From assembly GCA_002189035.1 (NCBI GenBank), contig NEEC01000021.1, forward strand, positions 496,001-560,000: a DNA stretch of 64,000 bases, in the 5' to 3' direction. The notes under the pieces were generated by a model. It searched no databases. It was not told the DNA's origin and worked only from the letters and a program-made list of their open reading frames with translations. Both the position numbers and the translations under genes were made by a program. This document shows, one piece after another, positions 1 through 12,500 of this stretch. The stretch's first letter is position 1, and every line of letters starts with the position of its first letter. This DNA comes from Utricularia gibba (Eukaryota > Plantae > Magnoliophyta).

Positions 1-2109
1 AAAATGGCCGACAACAAATAAGAATATTTTCAGTGATGCATTGCAGCAGCAACCAAGATGACATTGATGAATCACCAAATGAAACGATGCATTCCATGGA
101 ATAGTTGAAGAGAAGCAGATGCATACCATCCATTGGGGCCACGATATTCATAACTCTTTATGATGTCCTCTAGTTCTAGAGCCTCCTTCACAAAATTCAC
201 ATATTCACTGCATTTCATAAGTAAAGGTTAAAACATTCGCATGCAGGTAAACAATTTGCATCTATCCACCTTTTATAGCGATAATACTGCTCACGAGCTT
301 TTCTCAGTTGACGCCTAAGAGATGCCATAGTTTTTTTATCTGTGTCATAATCCATGTCATTTTCCCCTAACTTCCCACCCTGAGGTTTAAAAGTGGGATC
401 TTCACTGAGCTGCAACCCATTTCAAACCAGCGACTTAGAAGTGTGAGGATCACTTAAATCTAGGGGAAGATAAAAAGAGAGGGAAATATGATAACCATCT
501 GAATCAACATTTTGTCAATGACACCCATATATGGCCTCAGGGGATCACGCCTTGCCATCTGCTTAGAAGTTGCTTGAGCAACCTATCAATGAATATGGTA
601 GAAAAGCAACTCATATTAGGAAACATCATGAAGAATCACAACACACCAGTGTGGTTAGACAGATACTGAACAATAACAATTCTTGGCTTGGAGGCCTTGG
701 TATGAACTCAGATCTCTCTTGATGGCTTAAGATGCAGTGAGAAGAAAGCCTGAAATAGGGATACTTACCACGATTGAATTTGAAAATTCCTGGTGGGCAT
801 CATCATACTTGACAGCCATTTTAGATACTTTGTGAGAAAGCATCTTATGTCGAGATGCCCAATCAGCATGTCTCCAAATACCTCTTGGGATTTCATTCAA
901 AGCAAAACCCAAAAGAAAAGCTCCAGTAACAAGACCAAATGTATTTGAGCATGCCATGGCAAAGCCCAAGATGCTTCCAGCCCTGCAAACAGATGATCAA
1001 TGTACGTTTAGAGAGAAAAAAAAAATAGCCAAAAGGCTATGAATCAAAAAAAGTATTGCTATCTATCACGTCTTCAGAACTGACACATGAGATTTGTTTA
1101 ACAATATCTTCAAATTTAGTTTTCAGCTAATCTTCTGCAGTTTAATGATGCAGCTCTCTAATATAAAAATGTCCATCTCTGTTGACAGATGAACGTGGAT
1201 GATGGCAAACGGAGCATATGAAGAACTATATTTGAAAGAATAAGAAACATACCAATTCCTATGGAAAATAACCAACAGTATAACTCCAAAGAGTGCAATA
1301 GAACCAACACAGAAATAGTAGATCAGGTTCATATGAGCACTAGTCCTTAGCCTATCCCGGATCGTGAAGTCACCAGAATCTTCATAACCCTGAATTAATG
1401 GTACCACAGCCCTGCTTAGGAGAACAACTTCGATAAATCTATGAGGGGAAATAACATGGTTTTCACTAATGGAAAGTGATGTGGTGAAACATGAATAGCC
1501 TCTCAAACTCTTGAGTTCCATCAATCATTCGGATGAATCTAGGAAACATACCACGTGAGCAAAAATGTGCTCCAATAAGACCAGCTCCAGAAGAACGATA
1601 TACCTGTTTTTTCATGATTGGTAATCGTCTGCACCATAAAAGCAGAAAACAGTTATCCCAAAGAAAAAGAAGAAATTCATCATCCTCTTGTCGAAAGGCA
1701 TGTAGCACATTTGACACACAGGTTGTATTGGCACCAGCTAAATCTGCGGAATGCATATTTGAGTTTAAAAAATACATGAAACCAAACAAGCGAAGAAAAA
1801 TATGGAAACCCAAATCGTCAATCTGCGTGCATTTTTCGTCGAAAGGAACAAGAAAAAAAAAGAAACAAATAGATCAGATCAACCCAGATCGCAAAACTGA
1901 AGAATAATACAGAAAATAGGAACGTGGGGAAGAAAACTAACAGCCCATATGTCAGCTGGCACAAGGATGATGATGGAGAGGGAACAAAACCATGCATATC
2001 CAACAGTGCAGCGCACATAGGAAGCAACATCTGGACCGGCGAAGTACCACAGCGTCAGCCACACCATCCCCATCGTCAAGGGCAGGGAGATCAAATAAAA
2101 TACCCACAT
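1..2109 (-). CDS. LMBR1-like membrane protein (LMBR1 domain-containing protein 2 type), multi-exon; 3' part lies outside the window
   Basis: ATG at 2109. Exon 1 MWVFYLISLPLTMGMVWLTLWYFAGPDVASYVRCTVGYAWFCSLSIIILVPADIWA ends at a GT donor at 1941. Later exons read FFWSWSYWSTFLLTW, AVVPLIQGYEDSGDFTIRDRLRTS, FGLVTGAFLLGFALNEIPR, LGENDMDYDTDKKTMASLRRQL and EALELEDIIKSYE, all bounded by GT-AG. Confidence 0.9.
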
Positions 2110-2641
2110 TCTCGATCCCGCGTCTCCTACAGGCAATGTCGTTAATAACGAGAAAATTATTCCTCAGGAGGAAATGGGATTCATGGATTGTAAGATCAAT
2201 GGACACGCAGAGCGTCGCATCGATTGCAAGTTTGCAACAATAATGAAAACTACAGTTGGATCGAACTGCAGAAAGCAGTTGACAATGGCGCCTTCAAAAC
2301 ATTTCCGGCTTGTTTCACTCCGGTTGGTGGGACTTTTTTTTAAAGAGTACCTCCTTTTTTTAATTAAAAAAGAGAGAAAGTCCAAGACTTTAATAACACG
2401 AATCACAACAAATTCGGAAGAATCATCGTGGGATGATCTCCAAGGATCCCAAGTCAATGGCTTTAAATGGGAAAGCCACCTCGCCGCCGATCGGCGTTCT
2501 GATTCCTGTTTCTGCTTTGATGGAAAATGCCATATGGGTATTTTAGCATAGCAATCGCTCCGTTGCCCCTTTTGTTTCCTTACTGGAATCGATATCTTCT
2601 ATTGGAGGAATCCAGTAACATATTTTTGGGTCGAAACGGCA

Positions 2642-4446
2642 ATGGAATCCCTGAAGTGTTTCATGGAGGCTTTTATGTTTGTTTGCAATCTTCAGTTTTG
2701 GAGAATGGCATTCCTGTGGACTCTTTCTCTCCTTTTTCAGTACTCAAAATGGTTCTTTTCTAGCACCCTCCTCAGCAAGCCCAGATCTTGCTCTCCCGGT
2801 TCTCCCAAAGAATTCACTTCGTCACCTCGCGTTTGCGTAATATCAGGGGTAAAGAATTCATTTTGTCACCTCGAGTTTGTGATTGGTAACCATTTCAGTG
2901 TCGATTCATGTGTTTGCAGGCGACAAGTGGTTTGGGTGCAGGTGCTGCATATGCCCTTTCCAAGGAGGGCTATTATGTTGTTCTTGGTACGCGACTCTTG
3001 ATCTTGCATATGCCCTATGCTGAACATATCATTTTTGTCTAGTATCACACTCTACTCCCATTTTCGCAGTTGGAAGATCCTTGAGGCGGCTGACAGAGGT
3101 ATAGCCTTCTGTGTTCCCATTGTTTCCAGGCATCTCTTCATGGAATGATGCTTTTTCAGAAAATATTTGTTTCAGTGTGTATCTGATATAAAGAAACGAA
3201 ATCCTGATGCTCATCTCAAAGCTTTTGAGGCCAATCTGTCTTCTTTCAAATCAATTCTCAAGTTTAAGAGCTCTCTAGAGCAATGGTTGTCCGATTCCAA
3301 CATGCATTCCTCAATTCAAATGCTGATAAACAATGCTGGAATCTTGGCAACCTCTTGCAGGCTTACATCTGAAGGCTATGATGAGTTACATTCCCCACCT
3401 AAGATCCTGTTATTTGCTGTGAACAATCTATATTGGTGCTCAATACTATTACTTGTACCTGCCTTTTTTTTTCACTGATGTTGGTTTCTGAAACATAATT
3501 CATCTCGATAACCCCATGTTATTCGAATGGCTTCGATTAATACCCCTCAAAACTTTGCAGGATGCTGGCAACCAATTACATTGGTGCTTTTTATCTCACC
3601 AAAGCCCTGCTTCCTCTTCTGCAAAATAGTCCTGGCCTTTCTCGGGTCATCAACGTTTCATCTTTCACACATTGGAATGGTGAGAGGCCATATTTTACAT
3701 ACACAGTGTTGGATGCTGCCTGTTATCACATTTCATCTTCCCTTTCTACCAGTTTGCTGTGGGCTTGCCAACAAGGAGACAGTCACTGGGATGTCTTTCA
3801 TGCAATCAAAGAGCTACCCCTATGCACGCATTTACGAGTATTCGAAACGTAAGGTTTCTCTTCCGGTGGCACCTGAGCAGACAATTGTTACCTATTGCTG
3901 ATGATTGACAGCATCTGTTTACAGTCTCCTTGCTAGCTTTTTCCTATGAGCTTCACCGGCAAGCACGCCTGATGAAGAAACCTGGTCATCTCTCTGTCTT
4001 GTAAGCACTCAGTCACAAGAATGCTTCTTCTTCTAATTGCTTGTACAAGAGTTTCATAATGCCCTTGTGACCCTGAAGGGCTGTTGATCCGGGTGCTGTG
4101 AAAACCAACATCCTACGAGAAGTTCCTCGATGCCTTTCGTTTTTCACTTTCCTCATCTTAAAGCTCTTTGGCATTCTTCACTCAACCGAATCAGGCATCC
4201 GTGTGATCCTTGATGCAGCTCTAGCCCCTCCAGTAAGCCTCAAAAGTCCTGAAGAGTTTTACCATTTCTCGTGCGTCCTTAACTAAAAAAGCATTGCCGT
4301 TGTGTTCCCAGGAAGTATCGGGAGTTTGCTTGTTCGGGGGAAATGGGAGTAGGGTTGTGAGATCATCTCCACTGTCCTACGACCGGCGCTTTGCTACGGA
4401 TCTATGGAGAACTTCCTGCAGTTTGCTGCAGGAGCTGCAGCTATGA
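2642..4446 (+). CDS. Short-chain dehydrogenase/reductase (SDR family, retinol dehydrogenase-like), multi-exon
   Basis: Spliced Rossmann motif CVISG|ATSGLG (intron 2849-2919), NNAG motif (MLINNAGILATS), MLATNYIGAFYLT, catalytic YEYSK at about 3835-3849; last exon ends ...ELQL-TGA at 4446. Confidence 0.88.
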
Positions 4447-4456
4447 ATAAGCCTTC

Positions 4457-4790
4457 CCCATTGGGAATCAGAAAAGTGAAATCCCCATTGCTGCTACTTG
4501 ATGCGAGCTTTTTGCCGATCGCGCCACAGGATTTGTCTTCTTCACGTCTGTGTGCTCCTCCACATTGGGAATCAGAAAAGTGAGGTCCCCATTGCTGCTA
4601 CTTGATGCGAGTTTTTTGCCGATTCACGCCACAATATACTTTCATCTTCTTCACGTCTGTGTGTTCCTCCCATTCGGAATCAGAAATGTGAAATCGCCAT
4701 TGCTGCTACTTGATGCGAGCTTTTTGCCGATTGGCGCCACAGGATCCTTTCGTCTTCTTCACGTCTGTGGGTTCCTGGTTCCAAACGTTA
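4457..4790. repeat. Three tandem copies of a 104-108 bp unit immediately after the SDR stop codon
   Basis: TTGGGAATCAGAAA...CCCATTGCTGCTACTTGATGCGAG(C/T)TTTTTGCCGAT...TCTTCTTCACGTCTGTG recurs with equivalent positions at 4461, 4565 and 4673. Confidence 0.97.
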
Positions 4791-6771
4791 TTAGGATTGT
4801 TTGACGCCAAAAGCTCATTTGGTAGAATTTAAAACGTTGTTTAATATTATATCAACTTTATTCATAGATTAATAAAAATGGATATTTAGTAGTGTTCTAG
4901 AAGATTTCTAGGACCTATTTGTATTTTTGCAAACGTAAATTTGAAAAATAAAAATAATCAATAAAAGTAGAAATAGATTGGAGGTATTTTGAAAAATTGT
5001 AAAAATAGATGTATAAATATTTTTGAAACAGGAATAGTGTTTTGTGTAGAATTATTTTCTAGATAAATTTTGTAATCTTTTAAATTAATATGTTAATTTG
5101 ATTTAAACATACTTATTTAACATTATATAAAATAGATCCATGTATCATTTAAGGAATTTCTTAAACATGTAATAAAATAAAAAAATAAGAAGTTTGTTAC
5201 GCTTTTCTATCATGAATATTGTATCAATGACTACCGTTGAATTGTTTTGTAGAATTTGTTTGGAGGCTACAAATTAATAGGATATTTGTAGCTTGTTTTT
5301 ATTTTTCAATCAATTGTGTATTAGTATGGTAGAATAATTTTACATACATATACTAATGTTTTATAAAAGAACTATAAAATATTTAGAGTTGAGTATTTCA
5401 AAGCTCATATTCTAAATGAGTTTTGTTAAACAGTCTAATATGTAAATTATTTATTTTAAACATATTTATCAAAAATAATATGATTTTAATTATAGATGTG
5501 TAAAAATGTATCAAATAAACTTTAATATTAATCACATAGTAAGTATTTATCTAAATATAAATAATTTAAAAATATTATTAATTAAATTATCCTACTAAAT
5601 AAATTTTAACAGATAGTAAATAGATAATAAAAGAGAGAATATAATAAAAAAACAGTAAAGAGAAAAGATTTATTTATGGGAGAAAAATGAGACTTAATTT
5701 GATACTTTTATTTAGAGTTGAAATAAATTAAAAAAATAAATATTTTTTTCATTTTTAATTCCAAAATAATTTTGATAAAAAAATATTTTTGAATTGTAAG
5801 TGTTATGGCAATAAATTGTTTACTTCAAATAAAATGGAAATAGATCTCATAAATTTTCTAAAACAATGATTTAGTGTTATGGATTAAATATTTGAATAGT
5901 TTTATTATTTGACCATTAAAACATAAACTTATATTGAAGATTGGCTTAGATAATACCATGGTCTCAAAAAATGATACTACTTTTTTAAAATTATATATAT
6001 ATATATAATTAATCTACTATGAAATACTTATTTAATTTATAATATTTTATATAAAATCTAATTATAAAATTTTATATGTCACATTTACTACTTTATTAAA
6101 AAATAACATTCTTTACCGAACTTATTTTAGTTACCAAACATATGAATCAATATAATGTTTTTTAAAAAAATTATAATTAAAACAAAACTTAACTAGAAAG
6201 CTACGATTTTTTTTATTTTAAATCAATTGAATAAAAAATAATAGTTTGCTTGGTACGCTTTAAATTCAATAAAAATATTTTGAAAATTGATTTTAAAAAC
6301 AACCATTGTTTATGCTTCATATGAAGCTGAAACATTAAAACACTTCAATTTTTTATCAAAGTTGAAACTCCTGTTTCAATAAAAACTGAAATATTTTTTA
6401 AATATAGAAAATCATTTTTTAAAGTTATTTTTTGAAACTCCACCAACCCTAATAAATCAAATAACGCTAAATCGTAATCCAGTGTTTGTGGTGTAGGAAC
6501 CACGAATAGATTAGCGGTCACGGAGCATGATTCATTGGAGAAGCGCGTGTAGTCAAAAGTCCACAAAAGAAAACAAGAAATGAATGACTTCCCAAACTCG
6601 TCGTTGACAAAAATGGCCCCTCCGTGGGGAAACAAGGAAATTCTAGAATGTGGAGGAGCCTCTAGCGCAATAATTAAATAACATTTTAATAAATAATTTA
6701 ATTAATATATAAGCCTGGGTTCGGTGGTTGCTTCTAGAATACCTCATCGGATTTCGGCCCGATTCTCATCG

Positions 6772-7314
6772 ATGATCCCCGAGGGCCGCGATTCGCATCG
6801 CGGAGGAGATGAGTCCCCGCCGCCGCTTTCCAGAAGAGAAGCCATCGCGAGAGGGAGGGAACAGCTCATGGAGATGGTGAAGGATTGGCCGGAAAACTTC
6901 TACGAGCTTACGCTGAAAGATATCGTGGAGCCTCACGTGGACGCCGAGGAATTCGGGATGGACGCTCACTATTCGCGAGGGAGTGCCGCGTCTGATCAAA
7001 AGGCTCTGTATTACAGATCTGCGGTTCCGTATTCTAAGAGGAAAAGGGTTAGTGGGGTAAAGTTTCTCCCAAGCCTCAAGCCGTGAAGGGCAACGGAGAA
7101 AGGGAGTGGTGGAAGAAGTTTACCAGCTCCAGTGACAGTGACAGCGGCAGTGTGAGCACTCCCCGGCGCCTAAAGGCAACCTCCGGGAGCCCCTCCGGCA
7201 GGCAAGTTCTTCTGGTTTGAATTACAGACAAGTTCTTTTGTTCATTCGTGAAATGGGTTTTGCAGGAAGGGGATGGGTTTCGGATGCTGGCCTCTTTTCG
7301 ACTACAAGAGATGA
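6772..7314 (+). CDS. Plant-specific uncharacterised protein with apparent 1-nt frameshift near 7054-7057 and a GC-AG intron (7202-7265)
   Basis: Motif AIARGREQLMEMVKDWPENFYELTLKDIVE in frame 1, continued in another frame by KVSPKP...GEREWWKKFTSSSDSDSGS, then a last exon RKGMGFGCWPLFDYKR-TGA. I recognise this motif order from an uncharacterised plant family. TATA-like ATATATAAG at about 6705. Confidence 0.65.
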
Positions 7315-8299
7315 AAAACTGGCGCCCCATGGATGCATACCACACACTTTCACCTCAATCTGTCAAGAATTTCTTCGATACATGTTTGCTGGAGGAAGGA
7401 AGACGACCCCATGGAATGAATACCTTTCGATCGAGGCAATTAGGGAAGATTTGTCATTTATGTTTATCTATTTTTTGTGAAACTGTGAAGACCCGGTGGG
7501 TGGGGCCCATGAAAACGTGACGAAAAAGGAATGCTTGGAAACTTGGGGGGTGTATAAAAGGATGGGGCATTTGGATTATTGAAGTATAATCAAATATTGT
7601 ATTTAGTTTTTAAAATGTATTTAATATTATCTGAAAAAATATATTAATTAATGGAAAAAAGTATATTATGTTGAGCCTAAAAAATAAATGCTCATATGTT
7701 TGAAAAGTTTGTTCATTTTTTCTCGGTGTTTTAAATAGTAAAAAAATAATAAATTATTACGATTCAATTGTAGTTTAAATCAAACGTTCATTTTTTTTCC
7801 AAAATTTTAATATGTTTTTTTATAAAAAACATCAAAATATGAATGAATTATGATTAAATCAATATTAAATGATGGTTAATTAGAACGATATGATTGTGAT
7901 TCAGTTATGATTTTTTAAATAATTTTTCTTGTGCCAAATATGAACAACATACAATGCATTTAGTCTTTAGAAGCAAATTAATTTTCGGTCGTGATAGTAA
8001 AAAATAATTTTAAATGAGAAAAATAAAAGAAAAGCAATAAATAAAAATTGTAATTAAGAAGATCTAAAAGGATTTAGATTAATAATTTCTATAATATTAT
8101 TGTGTAAATGCAATTTAAATAAAATTATTCCATTTAATATAATTTATTACTAAATAAAATCAAAATACTATTAAAATAATTTAAAATCGACTATTATAAA
8201 AGAGAAAAATTCAAATAAAACTCAATTTCAAAAGTTCCGTACAAAAGGGTTTCTAAATTTTATAGCATAATGCATGATCAATATCTATTTTAACATTTT

Positions 8300-9372
8300 A
8301 TAATTTAATTTTTCAAATTTTAAAAAATTACAATTTTACTTCCCAACATTTCAAAACTTAGTACTTACAAATGTCATTAATTAGGTTTTTACTCTTATGT
8401 AGGTTAGGCCCATATTTGAACCATTCTTAAATTTTATGTGCAGTTCTTTTATTTCGATTATTATTTAAATACTTTAATTTTTCTGAATCATTTTACTGTG
8501 TAATGTGTTTTGTGGAAAAATGATTATTTCGTGTTTAGACTATGTTCGATTAATTATGTTTTGTGAATCATGTTTTGCATGAGATAGTCACAATTTATGT
8601 TATTTATTTAGATTTTCATCTATATGATCATCATTCTCACAAGTTGAATGATGACATTCTTCAATTGAAATGATGCTTACCTTAAGATATATCACCATCC
8701 AACAAGGTAAAATGAAGCAAAAGATATTCAAAGAAATCAAATTTGGTTGATGTTAAGGATTCTTGTATTCTTTACTAAAATGAAAATGAAGATTGGACAA
8801 AACATGGCTTGTTGTAAGTAATTTAACTTGGGATTCATGAAAATTATGTTGATTACTAAAAAATATATAATTGTGTATACCTTGATTTCTTATTTTGTAA
8901 TTAAGGTTCGCATTTCTTGAACAAAGAGCAAGCAAAAAGAGCTTTGAAGAACTATGTTGTATACCACTATATGGAACAATCAACACAAATTTGAACATGT
9001 TGTGAATGACAAGTCTTAGCTGCCTGTAGTTGATTATTACTAGATCTATTCTAATATCATGAATTTCTTATGACTATTAACAAATTGAATAGTAGGGATT
9101 AATTATATTTAATGTTCAAATAATGAAAAATAAGGAAAAAATTAAAATATAAAAATTTGTTGATTAATTATATTGATATTTTAAATTTTGGGAATTAATT
9201 ATGATCTATATATAAAAGTATGGAAAACCTATTTTTATCAATAGAAACAAATGCACATTTTATATTAAAAAATAGAAAATAAATTTATCAAAATATTCAA
9301 TATTGAGGGTTTTGACGTAATTTTTTATTGTTATAATGAAATAATATTAACTTGTGGGGTATAATGGAAATT
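8300..9372 (+). mobile_element. Probable decayed Mutator-like (MULE) element with a fragment of the MuDR N-terminal domain
   Basis: GSHFLNKEQAKRALKNYVVYHY from 8905 resembles the MuDR G-x-x-F-x(4)-[AL]-K-x-A-L-x-x-Y pattern, followed by stops. The flanks carry MULE-TIR-like strings (AAAATTACAATTTTAC near 8325; GGGGTATAATGGAAATT near 9356). Boundaries are approximate. Confidence 0.4.
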
Positions 9373-9563
9373 CGGGAAAAACATGGTTAACGGTTAGAAC
9401 TCTGGAAAATTTGCGAAGGAAAATATGGAATCTATTTTTCCCTCCTCCCATCTTTTCCCTCTCCGCTCAGTTACACTGATCAGCTAATTTCTAGGGTTTT
9501 TACCGGCGATTACTTTCCGTTATCGGATAAAGTTTCCGACCGGATTCACGTAAACGGAAATTG

Positions 9564-12500
9564 ATGGCTGAAGGCGGTGGCGGTTTGGTGCAAGAAGGTA
9601 GTGGTCGGTCAAAGTCTGCGTCCATATGCGAATCAGACGGCGGTCGCCTTAGATTTAGGGTACAACTCTGGCCGGGAGAAACAAAAATTGTATCATGGAA
9701 GAAGCTTCTTAGAGAGGCGAATTTGAGTGACCAGGGTGGGCCGAACGCCTCGGTTTCCGGTCCATCGATGGCGGAACGTCAGGATGTTCCTCAGCCCGCG
9801 CCTCCTGCTGCTTCTGCTTTGCCTCCTTCTTCAAGGCAACTCCTGGACAAGGACCCGAAGGATTCGCAAGCGCAGGCAGGGTCGAGTCGTTTGAACACCG
9901 TAATTGAGAGAATAGAGCGAATGTATGCGGTGAGTATCACGGGATGGTACATTGAATGTGTCTGAATGGGTATCCTGAAATACTCGCCGATTTTTGGGTA
10001 ATTTTACGCGCAAGAAATTACTTTTGTGTTTGAACTAGTGATGAAGTATGTAGTTAGCAACCTTCGTCGCTCATCCTCGTGAAATCCAAGTGTCAACTAC
10101 GTTATAGATTTGTCTCATTTCATAATATAATCTGATTCCTACGTGATGGAGGCTAGATGTTCTGTAACTTACATGCTTGTAAACTTTCAGGGTGATGGGA
10201 GTAGTGACGAGGAAGCTGGAGTTCTCGACAATGTACCTTATGATGATGAGTATGATACAAGTGATTCGTTTATAGACGATGCTGAATTGGTATGATCGCT
10301 CCATGTGAAGTCAAACTGGTTTCCCCTTTTCCAGATAACCTGTGTTAACTGATAGCTGAACTATTATGCAGGACGACTATTTTCAGGTTGATAATTCTGC
10401 CATAAAACATGATGGGTTTTTTGTCAATCGTGGCAAATTGGAGCGCATGTCAGTTTCTTTTAACTTCTTTTCATCCTGTTTTAATATTTGACAAAGTAAT
10501 GCCGTATTATTGGCTGAGTTTATGCCTTTTGTTGCTGGAGAGTGCTTGTACTAGGTGCTGACCTTTTCCTACCTGAACCTCCTTATATCCTGCAGAGAAA
10601 AAGCAATAAATAAAGACAATCAGCCAAAGAAGAGGAAAAGGAAGAATTTGGCGAAAAGTCATGATGGGAATAATGATGGTTCCAGTGCAAACAAAGTGGC
10701 GAAACCAGGAGATACTGGGAAAAAACAATCATTATCACCTGAAACATCTCTTGGATTCGCTGTGCTTGGGCTAAATGCAGTCTCTGTTCAATTTCCTGAT
10801 TCTGCGGGAAATGGTTCTGAAGTTTTTCTGAAGAAGAAATCAGACAATGCTGCAGCGAATGTGGATCAAATAGGACTACCAGGTGTTGATGCCATCAGGC
10901 AATATAAGGAAACTGACCAGCGGAAGCCTGAAACTATATCTTCGTCAGCCTACAAGAATTTAGTAGTGTCTCACGGGTGCACTGAAGCTTCCCTTGGAGT
11001 CACTATGGTAGGCATAAATGGAGACAGTGTGTTATATGGGGATTCTGTGGAAAATGGTTCTGAAGTTTCACTAAAGAAGAAAGCAGATAATGCAGCAGTC
11101 ACTGGTGTTCCAATCAGAGTATCAAGCGTTGATGCCAACAAGAAGCACAAGGAAACTGACTTACGGAAGCCTGAACTTCTTTCTTTAGAAAACCAGACTA
11201 GTTCAATGGATTCATTGTCCCACAGGCCCATTGATAAAAATCATGTAAGGAGCAACTGCTATTATGATGAATATTGATGTGATTTTCTTTTGTGGAGGGT
11301 TCAGCTGAAATTCAATAGGCTTTCAGACAAGTTTCACAATTCTCGCAGAGTGTGTTTCCTTTTATGAGAAATCTTCTTTTTTACGATGCCATTTTCTTCT
11401 TTTTTTCATTTTTCTCAAATTCCAATCTGCTTTCAATTTTTCTTACATTGAGATGTATCCAATTCTATAAGTCTAGGCCAGTCATTGTAAGATTAGTAAT
11501 GTAAATTTTATTCTATTTTAATGCTCTTGGTATTGAAGCTGCAACTTTTTTTATGGCACTGTGTTGTTCTATTTCTTAGATGAATGCAAATTAACTTTTC
11601 ATGAAATACCAACTATTTTATGCAGAGAAGGGAAGGACCTTGTGCCAGACCTAAAAGTACGATGCTTGACAAGGCCATCAAAGATCTAGAGAAAATTGTA
11701 GCAGAATGTCTCTACTGTCTTCATTGGCAACTACAGCTTTTATCAATTTGTGTTGCCCTAGTAGCTTATTTGTGCTTTTGTTTCTTACCGCAGCTAGACC
11801 ACCTTCTACAGAAGTGAAGGATCCTGATAATTCATTTCAGGCAGCGAAAAAGAGATTGCCTCCTGAAATAAAATTGAAGTTGGCTAAAGTTGCTAGATTA
11901 GCAGTAATAATCTGTCATTCATTTTCATCTATAGCAATGCAGCTTAATGATTTCATTTTGATTTTCTTTTGTGTATGCCATGATCAATGGTGTTGGGTTG
12001 CGGGTTTGGCATTTTTCTGATCAATGACTGAGATTGTTCTGTTTTCGCCCTGTGGCAGCAGCAATCCAACTGCGGAACAATACCAAAGGATGTGATTAGT
12101 CGACTGATGAGCATTGTTGGGCACTTGATGCAAGTGAGGACTCTGAAGGTATCTTCCATCGTGTTAATTCCTACTTCATTTATTATAATTATTTCATAAG
12201 TTTATTGGGTGTTCAAAGATCATTTTTGTCTTGTTTTTTCTTTTTTTCTTTTTTTTTTTACAACTCGCGACATGTGAACAGAGACCTCTATTTTGACTCA
12301 GAATTCCATGAATCTCTATCTTTTCTTTTAGGTTTGCAATCTTGTAGCAGGACATAATGACTCTGCTGTGTTTTGGAATAATTTTGTGCACTCCATCTTA
12401 TTAACCAATAAAATGCAATACAGAAAAGGCAATGCTGAGGCTAGGTTTGGTCTAAGTAGAAATTATCCTGCAAGCCTTTTAAGATAATTTAATCTGAACT

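Noticed and set aside
4457-4790. Triplicated unit as a snoRNA cluster (minus-strand TGAAGA...CTGA, or plus-strand AGAAAA...ACA)
   Set aside because: The C box is non-consensus, there is no terminal stem, I could not match a guide to rRNA or U6 from memory, and the unit is short for a two-hairpin H/ACA RNA. It is also not CRISPR-like: no unique spacers and a eukaryotic context.
4550-4804. 84-aa ORF with a repeated peptide
   Set aside because: Starts at a non-ATG codon and the peptide repeat simply follows from the 108-bp DNA repeat.
4792-5438. Possible Tourist-like MITE (GGATTGTTTGAC ... GTTAAACAGTCT)
   Set aside because: Only about 9 of 12 TIR positions match, no clean TSD, and AT-rich background makes chance matches likely.
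6345-6635. 96-aa minus-strand ORF
   Set aside because: No recognisable motif or splice structure; lies in the promoter region of the gene at 6772.
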